This document shows, piece after piece, positions 27,782-41,899 of a DNA stretch of 64,000 bases. Source of the DNA: the human T2T-CHM13v2.0 reference genome, Homo sapiens. A program made the position numbers and the translations under genes. The notes under the pieces are model-generated. The model had not been told where the DNA came from. It worked only from the letters and a program-made list of their open reading frames with translations, and made no database searches. Every line of letters starts with the position of its first letter. Position 1 is the stretch's first letter. Location: NCBI RefSeq assembly GCF_009914755.1, contig NC_060933.1; one strand, given 5' to 3'.

Positions 27782-28622
27782 GTTTGGTTAGCATTTTACA
27801 TTTCTTTGTGATGCTATTGTTGTGAATATTTTATAAAGTTTTAAAATAGTTATTAAATAAAGTTTTTGTGGATGAAATTTAAGAGGAAACTGATTTGCTT
27901 ATTTTTAAATGTAGATATCAAGGAGTATGTGCACTTAAGTTTTTAATCAAAGTGAACAAATTTAAGCTTAATTTAAAATAAGAACTATCTTTTATGCCTT
28001 TAATAATGTTCATATCTTTATTTTTCAAAACAGTCTTTGGTATAATTACTAAATAACATATTTGATGGGTCAGTTCTATTCCTCTAATAATGTCTGTAAT
28101 GGTATTTAATCTACTGGGTAAAATGAGGATTTATAATAATTTGTATATTAAATATTAGGGCTGTTTACCAAACTGGCAAAAATCAGTAATTTCAAAGTTT
28201 ACTTTGGTTGTTTCCTTTTATTCTAGAGCACACATAAATGAAAAGATGTTTTTGTAATGATTTTATATTTTTTTCTGTTATAGTTGATGCCATTTAAATG
28301 TAATTTTGAAATCTCATAAGAATTTGATATTGTTCTTTGATAGTACTCTTTACTCTTTGGGAGTATTTAGCACCTTGTTTTGGAAATCTTAAAAAATTGA
28401 AAAGTAATGATCAAGTTAATAACCACATCATTAAGAATTCAGTGCCATACGTTTAACATATAACTTTAAGAGTTTTTGAATTCTTAGTCTGACTTAGGGA
28501 AGCAAAAATCTTTAAAGTAATACATTCTTTCTAAAAAGAATTTTTTTCATAAATTATTTCAATTTATACAGGTTTGAATGTGTTAAGTGGAAATATCTTT
28601 TCTTCTGCCTTTTCCCTTCAAG

Positions 28623-28742
28623 GAAACACTTATCAAAAGGATATGTGATCAGGTATTTTCCAGATTCCCAGATTTTGTGCAGAAAAGCAAAGATGCAGCC
28701 TTTGAAACACTTTCTGACCCTAAATACAGTGGAAAAATGAAG
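28623..28742 (+). CDS. ERCC6L2: ERCC6L2 exon 9 (120 nt): [12 protein letters not shown]...KYSGKMK
   Basis: long pyrimidine tract + caag|GAA acceptor, AAG|gtaagt donor; SGKM motif; ORF 28587..28778. Confidence 0.95.
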
Positions 28743-31149
28743 GTAAGTGCTCCTCTTTCAGGTTGCATACAGACATGATACACAAAATATTTATTCAGTG
28801 GTATGACAGAGACACCAACTAATCAGAACAGGTGCTCAGTCATTCAGAAGAGATGGTGGCTATGGACAAGTGGTGCAATTGTATCAGCATTTACTAGGTC
28901 ACTATGAACCCCGAATACAGATGGTGTGCACTCGATAGGTCCTCTGTAGTAGTTGCTTCAAATATACTTCAAATTTTCCTTATTGATATATTGGACTTAT
29001 GCCCTCTTAAAATGCGTGTGCTGTTACCACATAGATAATAGCTTGTCTTCAGATGTTTAAGGAAATAACCTACCAGAAATATAAAAGCTAATGCAAAACA
29101 GGGGGGTAAGGAAAGGCCTTACCTTGGAATTAGAGAAAGGAATTTCTTGAAGAGTTTAAGATGGGCAAGGTCTGTATGTCTAGAATTTTCTGCATGTTGT
29201 TTTTACTTGCAGAACTAGATCGTAAAGTTGCAAATAGTCATTTGTCATACACAGGAAAATTGACCTGTAGCTGTGCTGCTCTTGGTAATGTGTTACCGAG
29301 GGAAGAAAGTAAGGCTAAGTTCTCCAACCTTGACCCAGGCCTTGGGCATTGCCTGTGGCAGCAGCATGAAATGCTGACAGCTTCCTGCCTCCTTGCAACA
29401 ACAGAGTTTGTTTAACCCCTTAGTGTCTATCAAGAATCTTTATTTGTAGATTCACAGATTTTTACAGAACAAAACTCAACTTTGTTATAGTTTTTAAAAG
29501 GTAAGTTCTTTTTGACATAAAAAGAATAAAAAGGAAGTAGTTCAAAGCAGTTTTTGTTTTTTTTTTATAGAAATACTTTTAGCAATTGATCTAGATAAGT
29601 TCATCATGGTTTAGTTTGCTTGGGACCTCTAAAATCAATGAAATAAAATAGAAGGTAGGAATATACATACATACATAAAGACTATTGCATTAAAAACTTG
29701 CTTTTAAAAAATAAATGTTTATATTAATGAGGATATCATGTGATTTATTACCACAACAAATAATTCAAATCTAATGATATTTCCTAAGGTAGCAAATTTT
29801 TGTCATCCATTTCATTGACTTTAATTATTTTTAAATTAAAATATATAAAAAGTCCGGTTTAGAACTGAGCACTTACTATCCCACAGTTTAAACCAGTAGA
29901 ACATTTCCAGAAATTATAGCCTCCTCTGAAAACTGCATTAGTCATTGCTACTCATTTAAATTTTATTCCCTGTGACTCTTCACTAAAAAATTGCCAGTCT
30001 TGAAATTAAGTTTTATAACTCTGCATTTTATATTTTTTATATATTCATTAATATATACTTGTAAAATATACTTTTAAAGTTAATCTCCCTAGGAATAATA
30101 GTGTCTGATTAAGAGAATGATTAAATTTAATTTTATTTTAATTTTTAGGAGGGAAAAGGTAAGCATAAATTGTTGCTGGAGGCTGGGTAGTATTTTTATA
30201 TGTGAATGATGCAGGTAATTTACTTGGTTTGTGAGAGAGCACCAGCCAAACAGATGGATAGTAATAAGCTAGGGATATATTTTTAGGACTATGTTAAATC
30301 ATTTGACTAACAGCATCATCTGGTCATATATTGATTTGGTAATGCAGACTTACAGGCTTATCATAGAATCATTGCCTATGGGTTTAAGAACTCTAAGAAT
30401 TGAGTTGCATTTACCTTTTGAATTCAGGTGATAAAAGATCTTTGTTTAGCTTGTCTTGTCACAGGTCAGCCTGCAGGTGCAAGGACTCTGAACAGAATGC
30501 CTGCTATAATCTTTATAGCCTCAAAGCTACACTTATGACCCCACCTCTTTCTCTTGAGTGTCAGAGTTTTGACCTCAACTATCATTCAAGGGGTTAGTCA
30601 CAAGTTGCAATCATTCACCTGATGAAAATCTTCACTTTTCTTTCTCTTGAGAAATGCCGCAGAGCCACTTACTGTGGAGGGTGGAAAAAAAGACAGGAAT
30701 CCAGCTTGGTGCTGCTGAAGTCACACAAGGGTCATGTTCATCTTTCTAGGCCTGACTGACCAAGTTGAGGAAAGTTAAGATCCAAGGTTCCTTGCTGTTA
30801 ACACCCCCAAATAATACGATTCCTTTATAGGTGGATTGTCTTGTTCTGTGGAGGACAACTGAGTGATAAAACATTGGGTCTATATTGTTAAGACTCCAAC
30901 ATCTGTTGATTACATTGTCATTTTGGAAATTTCTGGGATCTTAATTTATAGTCGTTCATTTAGTTAGTCTCTTTAAACTAGCCTAATTAAGATCTCCAGT
31001 CTAAAAACATTTACTTTTCCTGTGACTTGTTTTTGTTTTTACTGTAAAATACTTGAAAACACTTAAAGTTGCAATAGTTATGATACCACCCCAAATAATG
31101 AGAATGGATTTCTATACAATATATCCTTGGTTTAAAATGTTAATATCTT

Positions 31150-32350
31150 AAGAATGAAAAACAAACCACAGACTGGGAGAAAATATTAGCAAAACAATAA
31201 AGGACTGGTTTACAAATATACAGGTAACTCTTAAAGCTCAACAATGGGAAAGCAAACAATCCAATTGAAAAATGGGCAAAGGATCTGAACAGGTACTTCC
31301 CCAAAGAAGATAATAGAGATGGCAAATAAGCATGTGAAAAGATGCTCAACAACATATGTCATTAAAGAATTGCAAATTAAAACAGCAAGGAGATACCACT
31401 AGATACCTATTAGAACGGCCAAAATCCAGAACACTGTCAAGCCCAAATGTTGGTGAGGATGTGGAGTAACAAGAACCCCCATCTGCTGCTGGTGGGAATG
31501 CAAAATGGTATAGTCACTTTGGAAGACAGTTCAGTGGTTTCTCACAAAGCTCTTAACTAAAAAATATTACCTTAAATAGTCTTACTATATGATCCCGCAA
31601 TTGTGCCCCTTGGTATTTACCCAAATGAGTTATAATGAATTAAATTTTATTGAGTTTTAATGAGTTAGAAACTTACATCCCGACAAGAACCTATGAGTTT
31701 ATTTATAATTGCCAAAGCTTGGAAACAACTAAGATGTCCTTCAGTAGGTAAATGGATTAAAAAAGCTGTGGTACAGCCATACTGTGGAGTACTATTTAGC
31801 AATAAAAAGAAATGAGCTATCAAGCTACCAAAAGACATGGAAGAACCTTAGATGCATATTGCTGAGTGAAGGAAACCAGTCTGAAAAGGCTACATACTGT
31901 ATAATTCCAACTATATAATACTATCAAAAGGCAAAACTATGGAGACAGTAAAAAGAACAGTGGTTGCTATGGGTTCTGGGGGAGGAAAGAATGAGTAGGT
32001 GAAGCACAAGGAATTTTTAGGGCAATGAAACAATTGTGTATGATACTGTAATGGTAGATACATGTCATGATATATTTGTCAAAACCCGTGAACTATGTAA
32101 CACAATGAATAAACCCTAATGTAAATTATGGACTTTAGCTAATAATAATGTATCAATATTCACTCATCAGTTGTTACAAATAAACCACACCAATACTAAT
32201 AATACTTGATGTTATATTTTCTAATAATATTATTAATACAGATATTAATAAGAGAAAGTGTGGAGGAGGTTGGAAGTAGGGAAAGAGGAGTTTTGTGCAT
32301 TTTCTACTCAGTTCTGTAAAACAGAAAAAATAATATCTACCAATTTAAAA
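31150..32350 (+). mobile_element. L1MC-like 3' end
   Basis: ORF2 C-terminal phrases, then L1MC-type 3' UTR (gatactgtaatggtagatacatgtcat). Confidence 0.8.
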
Positions 32351-33434
32351 AGTCTTATGTGAAATTCAAATTACATACTTCATATAGAATCAGTTATTTT
32401 ATTAAAAAATGAACTAAATGCAAATAAAACTTCATATGTTCTCCAAATGTGAAAGTAATGTTTACCCGATCCATAACATTTTTATTTACCATTTGATAAA
32501 TAAATTTGGTTATCTGAGTAGAAGTTTTTTTTAACTCCATAGCTTTTTTTGAGGGACTAGGGGGAGGTAGAGGTCAAAGTTAGCACAATAGCTTCTCTTG
32601 ATTGAGTAAGTGTTATATTGAGTATTTTTTTTATTTAAAAGCTTAAATGTTTATCATTAAATAAATTGTTTTAGTGTTTGTTTCATCTTTCAGAAGAATT
32701 TAGACTTTGTATAGAAAATTTCTTTTTCCCCTCTGTGGATTGCTTTTCCACATTGTTCTGGAGCTGTCATTGCCAGATGTGGAAATAAAAGTAACAGTGT
32801 GACTGTTATACACAAGGCTTTGGACTGTTTGTTTCCTCCCTGAAAGCACTGTGTGTGGGGGCAGATTACTGGCATTTTGAGGTCAAAATCAAATCTGGAA
32901 GTCAGAGCTTACTGTAAATAGAGAAACAAAGGGGAGAAAATGAGAAGAGGTGTGTATCTGACTGATTATTCTAAGAAAATAAATATCAAGACTTTTAGAA
33001 CCTAGATGTAATTGAACACATTTCATTACATCCATCTAGGGACAATTTAAATACTTCCTAAAAGGAATGCTGCTCTATAATTTAGTTTCTTAGCATATTG
33101 TAGGTATAAAGAAAGTGTATTTTGGAAATTAAATTAATCCATTTAAATGCATCCCATAATCCAAAATGCTTCCTTTTTATTAAAACCAGATGAGATGAAA
33201 TAAAAGTCTTTGGGAACTTTACCTCCTTATTGACAATATGATGATGAATAACATTTGATGTAATAGCTAATACTTTATTTCTCTAACTTGGAAAAAATGA
33301 AAGGAATTAGAAAAAATGAATGAGGTTAGTATTGTATGAAAATAATTTTAAAGAAATTCTCAAGTGATGTTTATATGTATAAAGTGTACTTTTAGTTGGA
33401 ACTGGTTCACTGATTTTCTGTGGTTCATTTTCAG

Positions 33435-33506
33435 GTCCTTCAGCAGCTTTTAAATCATTGCAGGAAAAACAGAGATAAAGTTCTTCTCTTTTCTTTTTCC
33501 ACCAAG
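33435..33506 (+). CDS. ERCC6L2: ERCC6L2 exon 10 (72 nt): [24 protein letters not shown], motif IV
   Basis: cattttcag|GTC acceptor, AAG|gtgagt donor. Confidence 0.95.
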
Positions 33507-34074
33507 GTGAGTTCATCTAAAGTATATCCTTGATTGGCCAGCCTCAACTTTTGAGGCATAAAGAATAAAGCATATGCCTACATGACACCTTACAGCCACA
33601 TTTTCTCTTATCTACACAGTAGGAAATAGTGAGGTAAGCAACTTGAAGTTTTTAAACAGACACTAAAATTTCAATTGTTTCAGGGTTGCTAAATATCAAA
33701 CTCAAAGATAGATTTTTATTTTCTGTTGATGTTCTTAATAATTACAATGTTCTTTAAGACATTTCATATATTTTAGAACTTAAAAAATAGCATGCATATA
33801 TTTATGTAAATGATTTGACCAGTAATATTGTTTGTTTCTTAAAAATGAAAAGATTGATTTTTAAAACAAGTTCTGAATGTTAAAGCCATAATGTTGCAGG
33901 ATAACGGGAATAAATATATGGGTCAGAAGTGAGAAAAATATTTATTGTTCTTGGAATTATAAGAAAGAAATTATGAACACCAATAATTAATACTTAACAA
34001 GTCTCAACTTTGTAATGGTCTGAAACTTACTTAACCAAGATTCATGTTTGCCCATCTTCATACCTCTCGTCTAG

Positions 34075-34220
34075 TTGCTTGACGTGCTACAGCAGTACTG
34101 TATGGCGTCTGGGCTTGATTACCGACGACTTGATGGAAGTACAAAATCAGAGGAAAGACTCAAGATTGTAAAAGAGTTCAACAGTACACAAGATGTTAAC
34201 ATTTGCCTTGTCTCTACAAT
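34075..34220 (+). CDS. ERCC6L2: ERCC6L2 exon 11 (146 nt): LLDVLQQYC...RLDGST...ICLVST
   Basis: ctcgtctag|TTG acceptor, AT|gtaaga donor; RLDGS helicase-C motif. Confidence 0.96.
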
Positions 34221-37200
34221 GTAAGAAAATTAAATTTAATAACTAGATTTTTATCCAATTGTTTTTGAGATTTAGCATAATTTTTAAAACTATTACTGGA
34301 TTAATTTTTAATGGCTATGCTTATTTAGAAGCAGCAAAAATACTATTATGACCGAAATTTCAATGTCTTAAGTTTTAGCTAAGCTTTTCTCTCATTTCCT
34401 TTATCAACATTGAATTCCTCTTAGAAGTCTGGGTTTATAAAGGTAACAATAAAAAAATTGATACTTCCTCCTATGAATTTTCCATGGTAGTGTTTTGACC
34501 CAAGTCTCCTGGTGAGAATAATCAGACTTCTTATTAACTGGATAACTGAGACTCACTGTAGCAGCAGTTTTCCCACTGTGTCAGGGAGCCCTTGAGAGCC
34601 CACTGGGGCTAGGGGCTCACGTTTCCCTCCTCTGCCTCTACCTCATCTCAACTGGAGCAGCTCTGCAGTTAGAGTTTTTATGAAAGGTAAATTGGTTCTA
34701 ACCCCTATGTATGAATATCCCTTTAAGACCTTTTAGAGAATATACACACTTCTGAAAAGATTTAAATCAACATAAACACCTAAGTAAGATTAATCCCATT
34801 TTAGGAAGGAACAGATCAATAACTTTTGACATCCTGTGTAATAAGAATTTTATAGATTCACTCCCACTGTCTTTCAGAATTTCAGTGGACTTTAAAAATA
34901 AACATATATAAAATGCACAAAGTAAAAATTAAATCAGAATAGAAATTAACTTAAAATGAGGAATAAAATATACTTATGAATGAGCCAACATTGTTGAGCA
35001 CTTTAATTATTCTTGAATTCCTACCACTAAGGCAAATGGGGAAAAGCTTTGGATTCCCATTTTCCTATAAAGGAATGCAAGAAGTAATTTTTTTCATGCG
35101 TCCTTACATACAGAGCACTAAATGACATAGAATACTGTGGTCAATTAAATTTCATAAAACATATAAGCATTCTAACTTTAAAGTGTTTCCAGTTGATAGA
35201 TGCACTAAACAATGGTTCCAATAATAGACTCTATAATGACAAGCAGTAGTCTCTTATCCTTCTTCTGCTCACTTCCAGCTCATTTGCTGAGATCCTCCAT
35301 AAAGTTCCTAATTACCCCTTCACCTCTATCTGTCAGAAACTGCTATTTAACCTATCCATTGAATTTTTAATTTTAATCATACTTCGAAAAACATCTTTTT
35401 GGATGGCATTTTTGCTCTATTAACTCCTGTACTTGGTGGTGCTGATCCTTCTATTTGTTGTTTCCTCTGGCTCTTGCTTATGGTTGATAGTTTCTTCATG
35501 TTTGGTCATTTTTTTTCTTTTGAGCTTATCTTCAATGGGATTTTTTTCCTCTGGAAATCCTTTGGAGACCGGTTGTAGGAGTTTTCTGCTTGTGTGGTTT
35601 TGCTTTGGCTTCTGCTGGGCATCCTGACAAGACAAGGGAAAAAGTTTTGGATTCCTATTTTTCTGTGACAATTTGAGTAATTTATTTCATAAGTCATTAT
35701 ATAAGGAACCTTATGTAATATAATAAATACATTCTTCAGCTGTGTTTTGCAAAAGACACATAAGCTCAGTTTTTGTTTAGTTTCTATCATTTTGCAAGGG
35801 TTTATATTTAATATGTTGTGACAGAAATGTTTTCACATTGGCTTAGCCATTATCTTGCCAGAGTACAAAGTCTTCATTATCTTTTAGTTTATCAACTTTA
35901 CATAAGTTGGAACTTCTCTTAAGAAAGATGATTAGGCTACTTTCACTACTCTCTCCCCGTTTTTTTCTCACAATGTTTGCTATTTTAAAATTATTTGTCT
36001 ATAAACTACTTTTGTAACTTTCAATCTTTGTACTTCTGCATTAGATCCATTGAATTTTCTCTTAGATCTTTTTCCTGGATCCCGTGTCTTCTTCTTTCTT
36101 GGTTTGCCGCCATGTTTTACTGGAAAATGATTCAAGTTTTGATGTTTGGTCCATTAACTTTCCACATGCCTTCTAAGTCTTTGTAATGTGTGGTATTAGC
36201 ATTAGCACACACCCACCCACCCTTCTACTTTTGTCACCTATACATATTATGTTAACTATTTTAACTTTTACTTTGTCAAGGGTATTAATGTTTTCAATAA
36301 GCCCTGTACCAGTAACCGGTTATTGTCCATAGGTTGGCATTAAAATTTGAAGGCAAAAAAGCGTTTACATTACTGTGTTTTTATAAACTAAACATCTTTA
36401 ATGCAGGGGCAAGTAGTGCTAAGATAATTTTTCTTAATGTTCACGACCTTTTGGTCAATGCAAGATCAGTCTTAACATCAACCTCATATGACTTCTCTTT
36501 CCTAAGACTTCATCCATGTTTTATGTTTGCACTGTTCAGTTCACTTCAAATTTCAATCATGACTTTTTCGGTCTTTTCCCCCTCTCAGTCTGTTTCTGCC
36601 CTTTGTAATAATCCTCAATGTTACTAATTCTCATTCACACATTCTCTTCTGTTGAGTCCTCTGTATCCTGAACCTGCCTCCTGAAACTTTTATTCCTTAG
36701 TTTCAATCTGGCCCAGTTTTCTAGGCCTGATAAAGAACTGTCATGTTGAAGCTTTCTTTCACTGCTCTTCTGTGTTGGATCTTTTTCCTGGGTTCCATGC
36801 TGTTTTTATTCTTGACTTGCCCCTTTGTTTTCCTAGGAAATATCCTCTGGTAACTTTTTAAGCCAGAATATATAGGAAGTAAATTTTCTGCATCTGTAAA
36901 TACAGAAAATGTCTTTTATTGCTCTCTCACTTAATTGATACTTTGTCCAACTATATAATTCTAAATTGAAAATCATTTCCTCTTAGATCTTTGAAGGGCT
37001 TGCAGCATTGTTTTCTGATAGATGGTGTGGCTAAATAGATGTGCAGTGCCAATCTGATTTTCATTCCTTTTTGGGAACTCGTAGGAGTTTTTCTTCATCT
37101 ACACTATTCTAAAATTTCACGGTGATATTTGAGTCTTGGTGTGGATCTTCGTTCATTTTTTTGTGCTGGGTACAGTAGGCTTGTATTCTGAAGGCTTATG

Positions 37201-37430
37201 TTCTTTTTCAACTCTGGAAAATGCTTTTTTATTATTTCTTTAACAATGGCCTTTTTTTTTTCTTCCTTTTTCTCTGCTCCCTCCCTCTGGCATGCCAGGT
37301 CATCAGACTTTCAAACTTTCAAACTATATTGGTTCTTTAAATCTCTGAACTTTTCTCTCAGACTTTGTCTTTTTGCTCTGTTCTGAGAAATGTCATTTTT
37401 CGATCTTATTATTTTGTTTGAAATGATCAC

Positions 37431-37718
37431 TTTTTTTTTTTTTTAAGACAGTGTCTCACTCTGTGGCCCAGGCTGTATGGTGCAATCTTGGCTCACTGCA
37501 ACCTCCGCCTCCCGGATTTCAAGCAATTCTCCTGCCTCAGCCTCCCGAGCAGCTGGGACTACAGGCCTGTGCCACCCCACCCAGCTAATTTTTGTGTTTT
37601 TAGTAGAGACAGGATTTCACCATATTATCCAGGCTGGTCTTGAACTCCTGACCTCGTGATCTACCTGCCTCGCCCTCCCACAGTGCTGGGATTATAGGTG
37701 TGAGCCACCATTTCCGCC
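37431..37718 (-). mobile_element. AluS
   Basis: Full dimer; flanking atcac. Confidence 0.9.
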
Positions 37719-38918
37719 ATCACATTTTTAATCTAAAGTTTTTCTTGCTTTCTGACCTCTTTTGTTTTTGGAGTTACCTTTTGTTTTAGAACATCAGTGT
37801 GTTAAACTCTAGCTTTTTATAGTCATTTCATTCAGTTTATTTAAAGAATGATCATCTGGCATTTTTCCTGGGGTTTGTTTTTTGTTTTTGGAGAATCAAT
37901 GAATTTATTAATGAGTTTGAGGAAAATTGGAGTTTTTAAGGTATGAAGCCACCCTATCCATAAACATGGTATCTCTTTATATTTATTTAGGTTTTCTTAG
38001 AAGCATTGTTCAAATGGATACTTCGTTTGACCTTTTATAATACTTAATACATAATAATAAAACTTATTTCATCAAAGACATGTTTGTAGAACATTAAGAT
38101 GTAGTTAAGGTGTACTTTCTGATATACTTATTTGATACAGGAAGAGCATGTGGCAGACCTAAGGAATAAACAGCCTGCATACTCATTAAGTGTCTCAAAT
38201 ACCAGTCCTCAGTTCGAAAAGAGCAATATTAAAATTTTTTTTGCTTAACAAGTAACCCTTTGCTGTTAACCATGTAAGAACAGAGTGACAAGTTTTAAAG
38301 TTTAGGTTTCTGAGTTGTATTATCATCAAAGGGAGAATTATCTCATCTGCAGAGAGAGAGAGAGTCTAGGGCCTTTTTCTTCTTCTTTAAAGGGAGCTTT
38401 GCTTCTTCAGCAAGGACTGAAGTTATTACTTCAGAATCTCTTGGAAGATTGCTACCTCAACTAGTAGAGATCTTATCTGTGGCTCATATATGGCATCTGA
38501 GATGGCATCATACATGGTTATGCCTGACCTTGCCATCAAGAAGGTAACTGGAACAGTTGATTAGATTTATTCAACATAGAAACCTTTAACTTCTTTTCTG
38601 CTTTTTTGCTGTCTAAATTCCACCCAATCCCCTAACTTATCCATTTTTTTAATCCTTTCTAATACTTTCTCCCTATCCCACCTCATTCTTTTCTTAGAGT
38701 TCAGTCAAGTCTCTATGACATCTTCATGGTATGTCTAATAAGCAGTTTTCCAAAGGAGAAAATTCAGTTTCTACTGAGCACTGAACTTTCAATCAGGACA
38801 TTTGGGTTTGAATCGAGACACTTGCTACTTAGGAGACCTTGAACAAATTAATTTTTGTGATTGTCAATTTTCTCGCCTGAAAAATCAGGATATTTTGCTT
38901 ATAGAAGTCTTCAGAACA

Positions 38919-39297
<379 letters not shown>

Positions 39298-41899
39298 TTA
39301 ATTTATTTGCATTTTTGATAGAAATTGTAGGAGAAAAGATTATCATTTTTCTTCCCCTGGATGATTAGCATCCAGTGTAAAGCATTATCTAAGTGTGAGT
39401 TGTTTTGTGATACAGTGTAGGCAGCTGATGAGGGAAAATGGCAATGCAAAGCCTCAGAGGAAAGCCTGAAAGACAGCTGGGCTCAGGAAAACAGTTGAGG
39501 AAGAGAAAGAAAATCATTGTGTTCTTGGATTTTGGTTTTGCCTTTTCTTTGTAAAAATGTAAAAATTTATCATCGTTGTCTTACAGAGTATTAAATACAG
39601 GATATGTAGATCAGATAGTTCAAAACATGAAAAGATCACAATTATTGTTATTTAAAATCTATTAAATTATATAGGCAGCTGGAATCTTCAACTCAGTATA
39701 CAAACATTATATACATTCAGTTTTGCCAAAAGTTTCCTTTAGAAATTTTATTCCAAAAGAAATAAGTAGTATGCTGATAGAAAAAAATGAATCTAGCAAA
39801 ACCAATATGTGATTTTTATACTAATAATAAAAACTGCCAAAAAATATGTCTTTAGTGACTTCTCTTCACTGTTACCTTAACCACAGGTCAAGTTAAATGA
39901 AGACAAAACTTTTGGCTTCCATTTAAGTGTCAAAAAGACTCTGTAGCATGAATACTAGGCACAACTTCATTCTTGGTTTTGACTTTCAGAATCATACACT
40001 AGTTGACTACAAACAGCTTTCTAAGCAAACCCTATAATTTGAAATACAATGCTTTATTCATACTTACTAACTTGTGAGGATTAAGTTAAGGATTTGGGGT
40101 ACCATACTGCAAAAGTAAAATTTTCCAGATGATATAAGTACCTCTAGGTAGTCCAACACCAGGAATCATGAGCTTTGAAAGGATCAGGAGAAACATCATT
40201 TTCTGTCTCTCATAACATTATTCCAAAACACTGTCAACTTTCCCAGAAAGATGAGGACATTTCTTTTGTTATGTACCCCAAGAGAAAGACATTCTAAACC
40301 ACTCTTTTCAAATAAATAATGAGAATCATATTATATGCCTTTTGTTAAAATCTGCCTTTACTGCTTTATTTTGTCTCAGTCTCACACCTTTTTGTTCAAC
40401 TACTAATATCTTCATGGACCCTTAATGTGCAGCAAGAAAAATAAGAGAATTTTTGCCTTTGAAGAGCAGTATAATGCAATAAATGCTTTACTGGAGTTTA
40501 TGTGTGAAGATTCATAGGCATTTAAGAAATAGATAGATCAAAAAATCCCATAGAAGGATGGTGATGTTTTAACTGGTTCTTTAGAGATAAGATTTTATTA
40601 AAAAGAAAAGGAAAAGCAGGTTTTGGTAAAGGGCATTTTAGGCACAGAGAATAGCATAGGTACCAAAATAACTAGAGAACTTATGTGTTTAGTGCTTAGG
40701 ATATGTGGAGGCAACAGCTTGGGTGTATGACTACATAGGAGAACTCATGAGTTATTTTAACGAAGCTCAGTTTAACAGAGTGTAAGTATCCACTCTGTGA
40801 CAGGCCCTGGAGGAGACACGTCTCTTAAAGTTTATAACTCAAAAAGTAGAGGGGTACAGGAGGAGTTGTTCAGAAACATGTAAAAGGATAGTTCAATACA
40901 GTATGGCGAATGCAGGGTAGGAGGAGGCACAGAGGAGAAAGATTTAGTTCAGGCTTTGTTAATGACACCTGAAGGACAAGGAAAAGTTAGCCAGGCAAAT
41001 AAGATAGCAGAGAAAATTGTATGAAAGCAACTTTAAATGTTTTGGTCACTTGTGGTATAGTTATCAAGAATGACTGGTGTGATACCAGCTGCAGAGACGG
41101 TAGGCCTGGTCATTGAGGCCGATTGGTCTCTGATGAATAGGAATTAATGGGTTTTAAGCTACAAACAGCTTTCTAAGCAAGCCCTGTAATTTGAACTACA
41201 ATGCTTTCATACTTACTAACTTGTAAGGATTAAGTTAACGATTTGGGGTACTATACTGCAAAAGTAAAATTTTCCAGATGAGTAGTACACTTAGTTCTGT
41301 ATATTCTGTGCTTAAAATAATTTTTATGTAATGTGAGAATGGGCATGGGTGTAAGGTCTGAAGTAAGAGAGGACAATCAGAAGACCAAAGAAGTAATACA
41401 TGCAAGTGCAATCTAATAACAGCTCTGAAAAGGGCAGTGGTAATAGGAATGGAGAAGGGACTCAAGAGAAAAACATTTCTGAGCTAAATATGACAGGACT
41501 TGATACTGGTTAGCTTTTAGTGGGAAAGGGAAGTAGTCATGGAGAAGAAGAAGTCTATAGTGATACTTAGCATGGCTTTTGACTTTGATGAGTGAGTATA
41601 TGGGTGGTATCACCAGGAAATATATGGAGAAAAAGAACTCTGGGTCCAGGGAAGTATTAGATGTAGCTCATTATAAAATTAGCATTGATGTTATTTCATC
41701 TTGTTCTCTTCCTTTTGGAGAGAGAACATGTGGCATCCTGTTGCAGTGTAACTCTTGGCTCTCTCTGTATTCACTATGACAAGCCTGAAGCATATGCGGT
41801 AGCACCCTGACTGCCTGTCTTGTGATCAACATGTGATGGTGGAAATAATCTGTACTTAAGAATCCATTCTGTGTTAAGGCTATATGGATGTTAGCCACA

